64,000 nucleotides of DNA, taken from IMG/VR virus record IMGVR_UViG_3300042691_041259, positions 128,001 to 192,000 of that record. One strand, given 5' to 3'. Each line of letters begins with the position of its first letter. Position 1 is the stretch's first letter. A program made the translations under genes and the position numbers. The notes beneath the pieces were generated by a model. That model saw only the letters and a program-made list of their open reading frames with translations, was not told the origin of the DNA and did no database searches. This document shows positions 48,545 to 57,426 of this stretch, piece after piece. The DNA is from a virus. Lineage: Duplodnaviria > Caudoviricetes.

Positions 48545-48919
48545 TTAAGACAACGACTTGCTGCGAACCAGTTTCCCTAGTTCGTTTTCATTAGAAATAT
48601 GATGAATCTCTTCGGAAGTAATAATTACGTCCTTGAATTTGGCTTTGCTAATCTCACGAAATTCAGGAAACATTTCGCAAACATACTCAAAGTTTCCAAA
48701 CTTATAGTCGGTCTGCATAAAGTCACCGTACTCCACCAGGATATGGTATAGTGGACCATTGTCGCTCCAACCAGATTTCATAATGTGTACTGACATTGGT
48801 TCTTCAGACTCGGGTACTAGAGTGTGAGAAATTTGGCTAATGCCTTTGCGAAACGGAATGTTAAACTCGTGAGTTGTAGTTGTTCCGTCTGGATTTTGTG
48901 AGGTTTCTGTGACTTTCAT
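48545..48919 (-). CDS. Hypothetical protein (124 aa)
   Basis: ORF in operon. Confidence 0.6.
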   Translation of the reverse strand: MKVTETSQNPDGTTTTHEFNIPFRKGISQISHTLVPESEEPMSVHIMKSGWSDNGPLYHILVEYGDFMQTDYKFGNFEYVCEMFPEFREISKAKFKDVIITSEEIHHISNENELGKLVRSKSLS

Positions 48920-48923
48920 AAGA

Positions 48924-49199
48924 TTAGTTTTCTGAGATGATTACTGTACCGCTAACTTCAATCAATTTTCCAGTTTTGGAATCCGTGAAATAGTATCCAT
49001 CAGAATGCTCTTCGCTGATGACTTTGCCGCTTGAAACATAAGTGATGATAGTGTCTGGACCAAGAACCTGAACGGTAAAAGAATTCCCGTAGCCTCCGAT
49101 CTTTCCCATTGTTGCGTCAGTGCAAGAAGAGAGTCCAAGCGTTATCATAAGTATTCCTACTGCTGAAACGGCTGAAGTTGTAAAGATGATTTTTTTCAT
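48924..49199 (-). CDS. Putative lipoprotein
   Basis: Signal peptide with lipobox LSSC. Confidence 0.65.
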   Translation of the reverse strand: MKKIIFTTSAVSAVGILMITLGLSSCTDATMGKIGGYGNSFTVQVLGPDTIITYVSSGKVISEEHSDGYYFTDSKTGKLIEVSGTVIISEN

Positions 49200-49231
49200 T
49201 TTGTTTTAATTTGATAGGATAAAAATAATAC

Positions 49232-49260
49232 AAAAAAACCCGAGATGAAAATCTCTGGGT
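49232..49260 (-). terminator. Rho-independent terminator
   Basis: ACCC(A)GAGAT-tttc-ATCTCGGGT followed by TTTTTT, after the GT4 gene. Confidence 0.75.
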
Positions 49261-49269
49261 CAATAGTTA

Positions 49270-50403
49270 TTAACAATTTGGGTAGCGTCGAACTAACCAA
49301 TCAAGGTTTTCTCTTTCATCATAGTCAGAGTACCACCCACCGTTCTTTTTCATTCGAATGAGGTTATCAAAGTACTCCTCGTACATTCTTGCAACTACCT
49401 CGAGAGAGAAGTTATTCATGGCCCATTCACGGCAAGCTTTCGGACTGATTTTATCAATGTTTCGAGTGGCCCAAACAAACTGCTCCATAGTCCTGCATCG
49501 ATAGCCAGTGATTCCGTGCAAATTGTTTTCTGCAAAGCACGCCCAATCTGATGTAATTACTGGAGTTCCCGAGAAGAGAGCCTCGATCATTACACCGCCA
49601 AAAGGTTCAGCATAATATGATGGAACATATAAGCCTTTTGCGCCGGCCAACAGTGCTTTTCTCTTTTCAACATCGGCGTAACCTACAAATTCAACATTGT
49701 CAGGTGGCGTTCCAAAAGTTTTTTCATAATCGCCCTGCCCCGCCACTTTCAGTTTTACGCCAGCTTTCTTTGCAGCAGTCACGGCTACTTGTATTCCTTT
49801 GGTTTCCACAATTCTGCCTAAATAGAGGAAGTAGTCTTCCTTTTCTTCGCGGTACTCAAAATCTGTAGGATCGAAATAGTTCGGAATCACCGCGTCAGTC
49901 CAAGAAGGATTCCCCCATTTCATTTTTTCGTAAGCGATATGAAGGACGCTGTATGATTCAAAGATACGATAAGGAGCAAAAAGCCCTGTGTGATAACCAA
50001 TTCCAGGTTCTACTGGAATGAGGTCAGAATGCGCCTTTGAGATTTCTTCATGCCCAAATCCCCAAAAGCATAGGAGAAGATCGCCAGGCTGTTTATGCTT
50101 GGCGATCTCCGCTATGGCATTTTTGTTGAACGTCTGTTGAGCTTTGTCATTAATGTTATGAACAAACTGGTTTCGTTTCCAGTCATATTCACCATAGGTT
50201 TCAATTAAGATTTGATCATTAGTCACCGGTATGAGAACGTCGCATTCAGCGTCGGAGCGGTCATGGGCATACAGGTAGATCGTGTGCCCACGCTCTTTCA
50301 TCATCTTACAGAATTTTACAACCTTTTGCGTATACGCGCAAGAGAGATATTCTTTAGATGTTACCGTGTGTGGTAGAGCAAGTACGTGAAACCTATGTTT
50401 CAT
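49270..50403 (-). CDS. Glycosyltransferase, GT-B/GT4 family
   Basis: YLGRIVETKG, and EPFGGVMIEALFSGTPVI (EX7E motif). Confidence 0.92.
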   Translation of the reverse strand: MKHRFHVLALPHTVTSKEYLSCAYTQKVVKFCKMMKERGHTIYLYAHDRSDAECDVLIPVTNDQILIETYGEYDWKRNQFVHNINDKAQQTFNKNAIAEIAKHKQPGDLLLCFWGFGHEEISKAHSDLIPVEPGIGYHTGLFAPYRIFESYSVLHIAYEKMKWGNPSWTDAVIPNYFDPTDFEYREEKEDYFLYLGRIVETKGIQVAVTAAKKAGVKLKVAGQGDYEKTFGTPPDNVEFVGYADVEKRKALLAGAKGLYVPSYYAEPFGGVMIEALFSGTPVITSDWACFAENNLHGITGYRCRTMEQFVWATRNIDKISPKACREWAMNNFSLEVVARMYEEYFDNLIRMKKNGGWYSDYDERENLDWLVRRYPNC

Positions 50404-50846
50404 TAGGCAGCTGGACTTTCAACGTTTTTTGGACGGCGTGGACCACGACGAGTCTTAGAAGCCGTAGCCTTTTCAGTTTTTGTTGTTTCAGAAGAATTTG
50501 CTTTCGGAGCCTTTGGTCCGCGCTTCTTCTTCTCGGTAGAAACTGGTGTGCTAGCTTGTACTTCTACTGTTTTCTCAACTACATTCTCTTTTGGTCTGTA
50601 GATGTAACTCATGTGATAGAAGTCACTGTTTCTCAAATGCAATGGAAATACTTGGTCTCCGATGGTCTTCTTTCCGGTCAGGATTGCCCATGCTGCGCCC
50701 AAGCGCTGTCCGAAGCCCATTTTTGGTGTTTCCATGTCAACTGCCGATACTTCGGTAGTTCCACGTACAGCGTCACGCTTAAACTCAAGCGTGTACGATC
50801 TGTTGGTTGCTTTCATCCCGAAAGCTTTGTTAGGATCAATACTCAT
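50403..50846 (-). CDS. Hypothetical protein with basic low-complexity tail
   Basis: K/R/P/A-rich C-terminus; coupled to the GT4 gene. Confidence 0.6.
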   Translation of the reverse strand: MSIDPNKAFGMKATNRSYTLEFKRDAVRGTTEVSAVDMETPKMGFGQRLGAAWAILTGKKTIGDQVFPLHLRNSDFYHMSYIYRPKENVVEKTVEVQASTPVSTEKKKRGPKAPKANSSETTKTEKATASKTRRGPRRPKNVESPAA

Positions 50847-50866
50847 GTTGATTGTTTATTGGTTGT

Positions 50867-51133
50867 TTAGAAAAAAATTGTCTTTTTATAGTGCTCGAGA
50901 GTATACCACATTGCATTTGAAAGATGCGGGTCATTCTCAAATTTTGAGGTTGGTATTGCTACATAAATTTCTCCAAGAGAAGATTTGCCAATTGCTTGCA
51001 TTCCACAGCCTTCACAGAGAACTATTTCATATGTGTCCTCTTTAAGCTCTTTTGATATTGCTGTAACATCAATATCAGGGGTTGCAGCATCGCCAAACAT
51101 TTTAATGGCACAATATGTACAAAAATCAGCCAT
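50867..51133 (-). CDS. Small zinc-finger-like protein (MADFCTYC...CEGCG)
   Basis: Two CxxC pairs; start trimmed from 51217. Confidence 0.65.
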   Translation of the reverse strand: MADFCTYCAIKMFGDAATPDIDVTAISKELKEDTYEIVLCEGCGMQAIGKSSLGEIYVAIPTSKFENDPHLSNAMWYTLEHYKKTIFF

Positions 51134-51419
51134 TGTAGTTTGTATAGTTAGGATCTCCTCCAGCGGTTGATGTAGAAACCCAGTATTTACTCGGGCCTTC
51201 ATCTTTCTCATCTTCAAAGTGTTCTACCGACAGGAACTCTCCTGAATCCAGAACTCTCTTGTAAGTAACCCACGTACCTACGACTTCCATATAAATGGTG
51301 TCATCGTTTTCATGATAGTGAATCACCTGTCCTGGATCTGGAGAATCAAAGATCGTATCCATTGATGTTTTTAGATTGTCTTTCTTTGTAGAAATAAAGA
51401 TTTCTATTGGTTTTTCCAT
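51126..51419 (-). CDS. Hypothetical protein
   Basis: Follows the promoter motif at 51425-51450. Confidence 0.55.
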   Translation of the reverse strand: MEKPIEIFISTKKDNLKTSMDTIFDSPDPGQVIHYHENDDTIYMEVVGTWVTYKRVLDSGEFLSVEHFEDEKDEGPSKYWVSTSTAGGDPNYTNYNG

Positions 51420-51424
51420 ATTTG

Positions 51425-51450
51425 TTATATTCAAGGATTTGAAAAAGTTT
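51425..51450 (-). promoter_or_regulatory. Early/middle-promoter-like motif AAAC-N14-GAATATAA
   Basis: Intergenic copy of the recurring motif. Confidence 0.6.
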
Positions 51451-51686
51451 TAAGACTCTTTTTCTACAGGCTGCTCTAGTATCTCTTCCCTCACTTTTTG
51501 TATTCCAGTGTAGAGCATACAACGAGCCTCAATTTCCTCACACATCATCTTTAACGCATAGAATTTTTCCAGCGGCTGCAGAGTTTTAAGATCATCTCCA
51601 AGCATAATTGCTAGCTCGGTCATTGCTGTGTTGAGTTCATCCGTGTACTCAACTTCAAAGTTTTCATTTATGATTATTTTCTTCAT
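51450..51686 (-). CDS. Hypothetical protein (78 aa)
   Basis: ORF in operon. Confidence 0.55.
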   Translation of the reverse strand: MKKIIINENFEVEYTDELNTAMTELAIMLGDDLKTLQPLEKFYALKMMCEEIEARCMLYTGIQKVREEILEQPVEKES

Positions 51687-51690
51687 ATTC

Positions 51691-52368
51691 TTACCATTCA
51701 GGTCCTTTGTGATCGTCTACATAAGCAATGTTTCGTTTGCTCATGATTTCGTGTATTTCTTCAAAAGAGTATGGACGAAATTCTGGGTGTGTATCAACAC
51801 CTACGTCCATAGTCTTTCCATTTGCATGCATTTTTTCGTGGGTTCCACTTGCCAATTGACGAAGTTCATCATACCGCTTTTTATCCAGCAATTCATTAAC
51901 TATATGGCCCGAGATTGATGGCTCTAGAGAACCGTGACTGTGTCCGTGCAACATCCAGGCTCCTTCGTGTGAGCGATTCCAAACCCGAAAGCCATAGTGA
52001 CTCATAACAATCTTCTGACCATTAAAGGTAGCCTCTCGATAAAAAGAACATTCAGTAAAGAGACTTTGAAGTTCTTCACGATTCTTTATGATCCACTCAT
52101 CATGATTTCCGTAAATGAGGTAGATGTTTTGACAATTGATTCTTGAGCGGAACTCGCGGTAGTACATAATGTCTCCAAAGGAGAAGTCTCCCATGTGAAA
52201 GAGCACATCATTTACTCCTACCGTCTTATTGATGCCATCTACAATGGCAGTGTCCATGTCCTGCAAGAGTTCGTAATCTCTGCAGTTTTCTTTATTTTGC
52301 CAGGTTGAGCAGCCTCGGCAGATGTTTTTATGGTGATAATGTGTGTCACTTGTAAAATAAATGTTCAT
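51691..52368 (-). CDS. Calcineurin-like metallophosphoesterase
   Basis: SDTH, MGDF, GNHD, SHY and HGHSH motifs. Confidence 0.92.
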   Translation of the reverse strand: MNIYFTSDTHYHHKNICRGCSTWQNKENCRDYELLQDMDTAIVDGINKTVGVNDVLFHMGDFSFGDIMYYREFRSRINCQNIYLIYGNHDEWIIKNREELQSLFTECSFYREATFNGQKIVMSHYGFRVWNRSHEGAWMLHGHSHGSLEPSISGHIVNELLDKKRYDELRQLASGTHEKMHANGKTMDVGVDTHPEFRPYSFEEIHEIMSKRNIAYVDDHKGPEW

Positions 52369-52658
52369 ACTTTTGCTTTTTCGTCAAGCGGGTCTTCAAC
52401 TCGTTCCAGTACCCAGCCTTTTCTTTGATGGTGATCAATTACGGCTGGTATGTCTTTTGCAATAAAAATGCTGCGGTCCGATACTTTTTGAGACTTACGA
52501 TCGACAGTGTACTCAAAAATAAACCACGGGTCAAGTGGATCTTCTGTGTAGACGAGTTCCGTCTTGGCCCGTGGCTTTTTCATTCTAAAAATTACTCTTC
52601 CAGTGACAATAGTCCGTGCTGGATTGTCAGGAAGCGTCCATTGTTTCTTACCCTTCAT
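52365..52658 (-). CDS. Hypothetical protein (start MKGKKQW)
   Basis: Start trimmed so that it overlaps the upstream gene by 11 nt. Confidence 0.55.
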   Translation of the reverse strand: MKGKKQWTLPDNPARTIVTGRVIFRMKKPRAKTELVYTEDPLDPWFIFEYTVDRKSQKVSDRSIFIAKDIPAVIDHHQRKGWVLERVEDPLDEKAKV

Positions 52659-52833
52659 TGTCCTTGAGCAATACGTAGGTTTGATAAGGAATTGATACTT
52701 TGGCCTGGTCAGCTCTCTCTTGGTGATAAGTCCAACGGCCTCGAACTGCTTGATTACAGTTTTGGCCATTGCTCTGGAAAAATTTCCACATCACTTCCAA
52801 GGCATCAATGTCAATGTAGAGTTCGATTCTCAT
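52648..52833 (-). CDS. Hypothetical protein (61 aa)
   Basis: Short overlaps with both neighbours. Confidence 0.5.
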   Translation of the reverse strand: MRIELYIDIDALEVMWKFFQSNGQNCNQAVRGRWTYHQERADQAKVSIPYQTYVLLKDNEG

Positions 52834-53288
52834 TCTGCGTCTTCGATAAATTGAGCGTATACTTGACTAGTGTCAGTCTGCAATTTATTGATTGTTTCAT
52901 TTACCATTGTCTCAAACTGGGTGCCTTCCCAAGTGTTTCCAGTCTCTAGAGATGAGCGACGAAATACCGGGAAGATCACGGCTTCATTTTTCATTGGAGA
53001 GATTTCCGTTACCTCAAAAACCGACAAAGCATAACCATGTTTATCTTGGAATGCTTTAGAAATGTAGTCGCCTACTGAAATTGGAACAAGCGCCTGCTTC
53101 TCAGAATTCTTCTTCATAAAGAGGGCTTTCTTGTGGCTGCTATCACTGTTGTAAACAACAGTAGCTCTGCGTAGGTCAGAAAAGTCTGTTGAACTTTCCC
53201 ATAAGCACGGAACACCTGTGCGGGTACGTGCAATCTTAATTGTTTTGGTGGAGACGCCTTCCGCAGAAGGCTTTTGGATGTTTTCCAT
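52830..53288 (-). CDS. Hypothetical protein (152 aa)
   Basis: ORF in operon. Confidence 0.6.
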   Translation of the reverse strand: MENIQKPSAEGVSTKTIKIARTRTGVPCLWESSTDFSDLRRATVVYNSDSSHKKALFMKKNSEKQALVPISVGDYISKAFQDKHGYALSVFEVTEISPMKNEAVIFPVFRRSSLETGNTWEGTQFETMVNETINKLQTDTSQVYAQFIEDAE

Positions 53289-53300
53289 AAATTTGGATTG

Positions 53301-54203
53301 TTATTGAATTAAAAAAATTGTTTGTAATGCATTTTTGCATGCCTGCTGGGTTATTTCCCCGCTCTTAACTATTATATCCATGGTTTCTTTAAACTTCTGT
53401 GCATCCGGAGTATATTCCAAACCATCAGGGTGTATAATGAAAAGCGGTTCTTTCATATAGAAGAAGTGCGGCGGATTTTCTTCGTGATTTTCGGAAAGGA
53501 TTTTCTCGGCAAGATCAAAATGACGTTCATAGTAGTGAATGTTATCTGCGCAATGATAGTACTTTCCAAGTTGTAGATCTGGATACGTTTTACGCAAATT
53601 ATGCCACATTGTTTGCATTACCACTGCAAAGAACGGAACATCATAAGTAAAGCCATAAAACAAATCGTTAGAGCGCATTTGAACTTTCATATTCAGCTCG
53701 CCATTTCGGATCCAGAAGTTGAGGTACACGGTACAGACAAAATCTTTATTGCCTTCATACTGAAAGTCGGGATGACTAATAAAGGAAATTGCCTGGCGAC
53801 TGTTAATGTCTTTTACCAAGGATTCATATGCCCAAATCATTTGGTTTCCAAAGAGGCGGCTGCCATAGTTGGAATTGACGGTACCATCAGAATTCTGTAA
53901 GCCTTTCCAAAAGTTGGAAAAGTTATCAATGTAGTCCGTGTGACGCTCGCATGTCATATACCAGGCAAGTTCGCCTGCAAAGTATTTCCAATTAAACTCG
54001 CGATTTTGAAAATCCACAAGAGGAAACGTTGGACTGATTGTAAGCGTTTCCAGAAAAAGCTCACGGACTTTTTGTCCTCGAGGAGCTGATTCCATTCCTT
54101 CGGTTTTACATTTATGGAGAGTTTCTGCGAAAACGTCAGAAGCCGATGAAACCCCGGATTTCTTGAAGTATTTCGTCAAAATCTCTGTATTGGTCTTGAT
54201 CAT
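53301..54203 (-). CDS. dCMP hydroxymethylase-like enzyme (T4 gp42-type, thymidylate synthase superfamily)
   Basis: ELAWY, NSNYG, DFVCT (catalytic Cys), MRSNDLFYGFTYD with Asp at the base-specificity position, IHYYERHF. Confidence 0.85.
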   Translation of the reverse strand: MIKTNTEILTKYFKKSGVSSASDVFAETLHKCKTEGMESAPRGQKVRELFLETLTISPTFPLVDFQNREFNWKYFAGELAWYMTCERHTDYIDNFSNFWKGLQNSDGTVNSNYGSRLFGNQMIWAYESLVKDINSRQAISFISHPDFQYEGNKDFVCTVYLNFWIRNGELNMKVQMRSNDLFYGFTYDVPFFAVVMQTMWHNLRKTYPDLQLGKYYHCADNIHYYERHFDLAEKILSENHEENPPHFFYMKEPLFIIHPDGLEYTPDAQKFKETMDIIVKSGEITQQACKNALQTIFLIQ

Positions 54204-54693
54204 TTACTTTAATTGTGATTTTGTTGATGATTTTACTATTGTCTACAGCACTTTGAAAGGCTTCAATTTCTTCAACTTTCTTTTCAACCTTGTCAGAATA
54301 TGACAGCCCATCGTCTTTCTTTACAATAAACTCTGCATCCGCAGTTAAGTGTATGAGGTAGACTTCTCTATCTTTATCCAGCGAATAACTCCGTTCCAAT
54401 TGAGGAACCCAAGAGTCGGGATTGCTGTCACGATAGATTTTACCGTACACCAGCTCACCTAAGTGAGCGCGGTTCCAAAACAATACGTGATCTGAAAAAT
54501 TGGCTCGAAGAAATATGAAATGAGCAAATTCATTATGAAATGTACTGATTTGCCACTTGGTCTTTTCGTCATTGGTAGTTCCATGTGGAAAAGACCAGTG
54601 CCTAATGCTGTAATTTCTTAAGCCTTCTGAAAGTTTTTGAATGTAGCTGTCTTTTCCACAGCGATCCATTCCTTCAAAAATGATTAACTTCAT
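54136..54693 (-). CDS. dNMP (thymidylate-kinase-like) kinase
   Basis: P-loop IIFEGMDRCGKDS; WNRAHLGELVYG motif. Confidence 0.85.
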   Translation of the reverse strand: MKLIIFEGMDRCGKDSYIQKLSEGLRNYSIRHWSFPHGTTNDEKTKWQISTFHNEFAHFIFLRANFSDHVLFWNRAHLGELVYGKIYRDSNPDSWVPQLERSYSLDKDREVYLIHLTADAEFIVKKDDGLSYSDKVEKKVEEIEAFQSAVDNSKIINKITIKVNDQDQYRDFDEILQEIRGFIGF

Positions 54694-54710
54694 TAGTTGT
54701 TATTTGTTGA

Positions 54711-54737
54711 TTATATTCAATCAGCTGAAAAAGGTTT
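54711..54737 (-). promoter_or_regulatory. Early/middle-promoter-like motif AAAC-N15-GAATATAA
   Basis: Upstream of the kinase and gp42-like pair. Confidence 0.6.
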
Positions 54738-55415
54738 TAACAAAAAGGTTGTCACAAAGGGAAAATGATCTGATAGATCTGAGTGAAAGACCTCTTGTCT
54801 TACTGGTTCAAGACGGCCTCTTCCCATGCAGTAATCAATCCTTCCCATGGGATGAGTCTTTCGTGTTCCAATATCCATGAATTCGCGCATAAGTATTTCC
54901 GCCTCAGAAGAGGTGTCAAACACATTGAGATCACCACCAATGATTGCGTTATCTGGAAGTTCCATTTCATTCAAAGAGTTCCAGGCAGTATCTACGTGTT
55001 TTGATCCCGCGTGACCTTCATAAGGCATATGTATATTGAACACTGATATTAAATTGGTATCCACATCTACTAATGACTCTTGTACATAGCATTTTTCAGA
55101 AAAAACATCAGACAGCATGTGGTGTCGAGTTTTGAAAATGGGATACCTTGCATAGGTGGCAAGTCCGTAGGAACCTGTCCATCCAAGAGAACACCTTTTA
55201 GTCCAGCTGCCAAACCATTCATGTCCTAGATGCTGCTTAAATTCTGTGTATTGATCGGCATAACCGCTTCTTTTAGCAAGACGATCAACCTCCTGCAGCA
55301 GTATTACATCAGCATTAAATCTTGGAAGCTCCTTGATGAATGCTTGAATATCCACTCCGGCTTTGTCTGTTAGTCCATGGCGAATATTCCAGGACAGTAC
55401 TCGTATTTCAGTCAT
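54717..55415 (-). CDS. Endonuclease/exonuclease/phosphatase (EEP) family protein
   Basis: SWNI, LLQEVD, GGDLN, RIDY and SDHFP motifs. Confidence 0.9.
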   Translation of the reverse strand: MTEIRVLSWNIRHGLTDKAGVDIQAFIKELPRFNADVILLQEVDRLAKRSGYADQYTEFKQHLGHEWFGSWTKRCSLGWTGSYGLATYARYPIFKTRHHMLSDVFSEKCYVQESLVDVDTNLISVFNIHMPYEGHAGSKHVDTAWNSLNEMELPDNAIIGGDLNVFDTSSEAEILMREFMDIGTRKTHPMGRIDYCMGRGRLEPVRQEVFHSDLSDHFPFVTTFLLKPFSAD

Positions 55416-56223
55416 TCAGATATTGTGAGGCCACCCATGAAAAAGAACACCCTTCTGGGTTCTCTTTAATACGCTCTTCCGTCCAGTCCTCAATTTTTTT
55501 ATGGTTGACAGATGTATCATAGAGATGTACACTGTAGGTGATTGGCTTGATTAGTTCCGGCAAAAACTTATTGTAGATCTTCTCGGACTCAGTATAGCGA
55601 TACGGATAGAATGCTTCCCATGGAACTATTTTATAGTGCCCTTGTAGGCTTTCCCGAGCTACAAGAGTGCTGTGCATTTTAACACTATGCTCATCCCAGA
55701 AAGTATCCTTTCCTTTGCTGCGGAACCATGTATATTCTTGGTACCACTCCTGAAGGTACTTGGAATTTGGTGGGCTAATAAGAACTCCGTTTCCGTATTT
55801 CCAGTCTCGGGATCCTAGTTTTCCAACTACAAACTTTTCCTCAGCAAGGAGATCATCAAAAGACTTGATAGTAATAGTATCAAAATCCGAGTAGACTCCG
55901 CCTTGTTCATTAAGTATCTGGATCCGAAATACATCAGAGGCATGTGCTGGATGCACCAATGGGTTTCCAAAAACTTCTGTTGGCGGATCTACTAAGTGAA
56001 CTTTTACGTAGTCTGAGACTCGTTCCCAATACTTACCAGTAGGCTGTTCATTGGTGTAGAAGTTGATTTCGTAATCAGGATTGTGTTTATGAAATGACTT
56101 GGCAGCCAAGAATCTCATCAAATCCCATTCTGCGTTTCGTTTGCTTTTGTCATTGTAAAAGTAGATAAAATGCATCTTCTTATACAATGGGTTAGGTTCT
56201 TTTGTTTCAAAAAGCTTCATCAA
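55408..56223 (-). CDS. DxD-type glycosyltransferase (GT32/Gly_transf_sug-like)
   Basis: AHASDVFRIQILNEQGGVYSDFD motif. Confidence 0.85.
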   Translation of the reverse strand: MMKLFETKEPNPLYKKMHFIYFYNDKSKRNAEWDLMRFLAAKSFHKHNPDYEINFYTNEQPTGKYWERVSDYVKVHLVDPPTEVFGNPLVHPAHASDVFRIQILNEQGGVYSDFDTITIKSFDDLLAEEKFVVGKLGSRDWKYGNGVLISPPNSKYLQEWYQEYTWFRSKGKDTFWDEHSVKMHSTLVARESLQGHYKIVPWEAFYPYRYTESEKIYNKFLPELIKPITYSVHLYDTSVNHKKIEDWTEERIKENPEGCSFSWVASQYLND

Positions 56224-57425
56224 AAGAGTATTTTAGACGTTTGTTTGATCGGAGTATCTATCCGCTGTGCAATGTTGTCCTGTTTGAAGTAATCAACACC
56301 GCTGTCCTGCAAATGTCCAAAAAGCCATTTTATCACTTGCCCAGTCCAATCAGTTGCGGTATTTACCGGAACGTTTTGCGAGATTTGCTGATACCCTTCA
56401 TGCGCCAAATTAAAGTTGCCGTCTATTCCCATGAGCCACATAAGTTCTTGTACGTTCATCCATCGGTGTTCGGTTGGATGCGTTGACAATTGTAAAGTTC
56501 TGCCTACAACCGCGGTAATATCATTTGCATTAATGTGCGGAGTGCTATCCCATACTCTTTTGCGAGTTGCACGTTCTAATAATGCCAAGTATTTCTTGGA
56601 CTTTGCATCCTCCCTATTTGCAAGGTAATCCATCGCCTTAGTAATTCTTTCCTGTTCACGGAAAATGTAAATAAGAATAGAACGGTTTCCTTCCAAGGCA
56701 GCTTCATGTGGAGTTTTCTTTTCTTCCTGCGTAAGCCACTGGTACAGCGGATCTTCGGTCAGTGGATCCTTCATAAAGTACTTGTCGGTATACGGTCCAG
56801 CTGGTGTTCTTTCAATGTATGTTTCCAGCGGTAGCGTAATTCGGTTGCACCACTCCAGGATCGGAGCAGATTCAGCCTTCCAAAAGAAATAAAAAGATCG
56901 TACCCTGTTTTGCGGAATCCCATGCAGCGCTGTGGAAGTCTTGATCATACTGAAAGAATACCCGTGCTTCTTTCCAATTTCATAAAGTTTGTCCGCAACT
57001 TTCTTTCCTAATGCCGTATAGAGTCCAGGCGCGTTTTCACCCCAGAGAACTTTTGGCTTTACATTCTCGAGAACATACTCGGAAGACTTATACATCCATT
57101 CGTTTTGGATTGCATCCGCTCCACGAGCCTTTTCGCTACCTTCCTTTGTTGATGAATTCAATGCAGATAACCCTGCGCATGGACACAGACTTACTACCAT
57201 GTCTACGCCTTCAATTTCCTCATTAAAGGGACGGTCCCAAGCAATTCCGCTGTCTTCTATCAGGCCGTAAGGAATTTCTGGAAAGTTTGCCCGACAGTGA
57301 CTGTCATTGCTTTGGAAAGCATCGTAAGAGAGTATATACTCTGGATCTTTACCGGTCGCCCGTTTGGCTCCCAGGACCATCCCTCCAATGAGAGGTACTA
57401 TAGCTGCATATTTAAAAGTTTCCAT
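56220..57425 (-). CDS. C5-cytosine methyltransferase-like protein, paralog 2 (atypical SAM motifs)
   Basis: CPCAGLS (IV), GENAPGL (VI), GIPQNRVR (VIII), SQNVP (X); motif I reads IVPLIGG. Confidence 0.8.
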   Translation of the reverse strand: METFKYAAIVPLIGGMVLGAKRATGKDPEYILSYDAFQSNDSHCRANFPEIPYGLIEDSGIAWDRPFNEEIEGVDMVVSLCPCAGLSALNSSTKEGSEKARGADAIQNEWMYKSSEYVLENVKPKVLWGENAPGLYTALGKKVADKLYEIGKKHGYSFSMIKTSTALHGIPQNRVRSFYFFWKAESAPILEWCNRITLPLETYIERTPAGPYTDKYFMKDPLTEDPLYQWLTQEEKKTPHEAALEGNRSILIYIFREQERITKAMDYLANREDAKSKKYLALLERATRKRVWDSTPHINANDITAVVGRTLQLSTHPTEHRWMNVQELMWLMGIDGNFNLAHEGYQQISQNVPVNTATDWTGQVIKWLFGHLQDSGVDYFKQDNIAQRIDTPIKQTSKILF

Positions 57426-57426
57426 A

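Noticed and set aside
52659-52769. N-terminal extension of ORF 52365-52769
   Set aside because: It overlaps the 61-aa ORF 52648-52833; a start at 52658 gives a typical short overlap.
53301-54203. Annotation as canonical thymidylate synthase (thyA)
   Set aside because: Asp rather than Asn at the specificity position, gp42-type motifs and the glucosyltransferase context.
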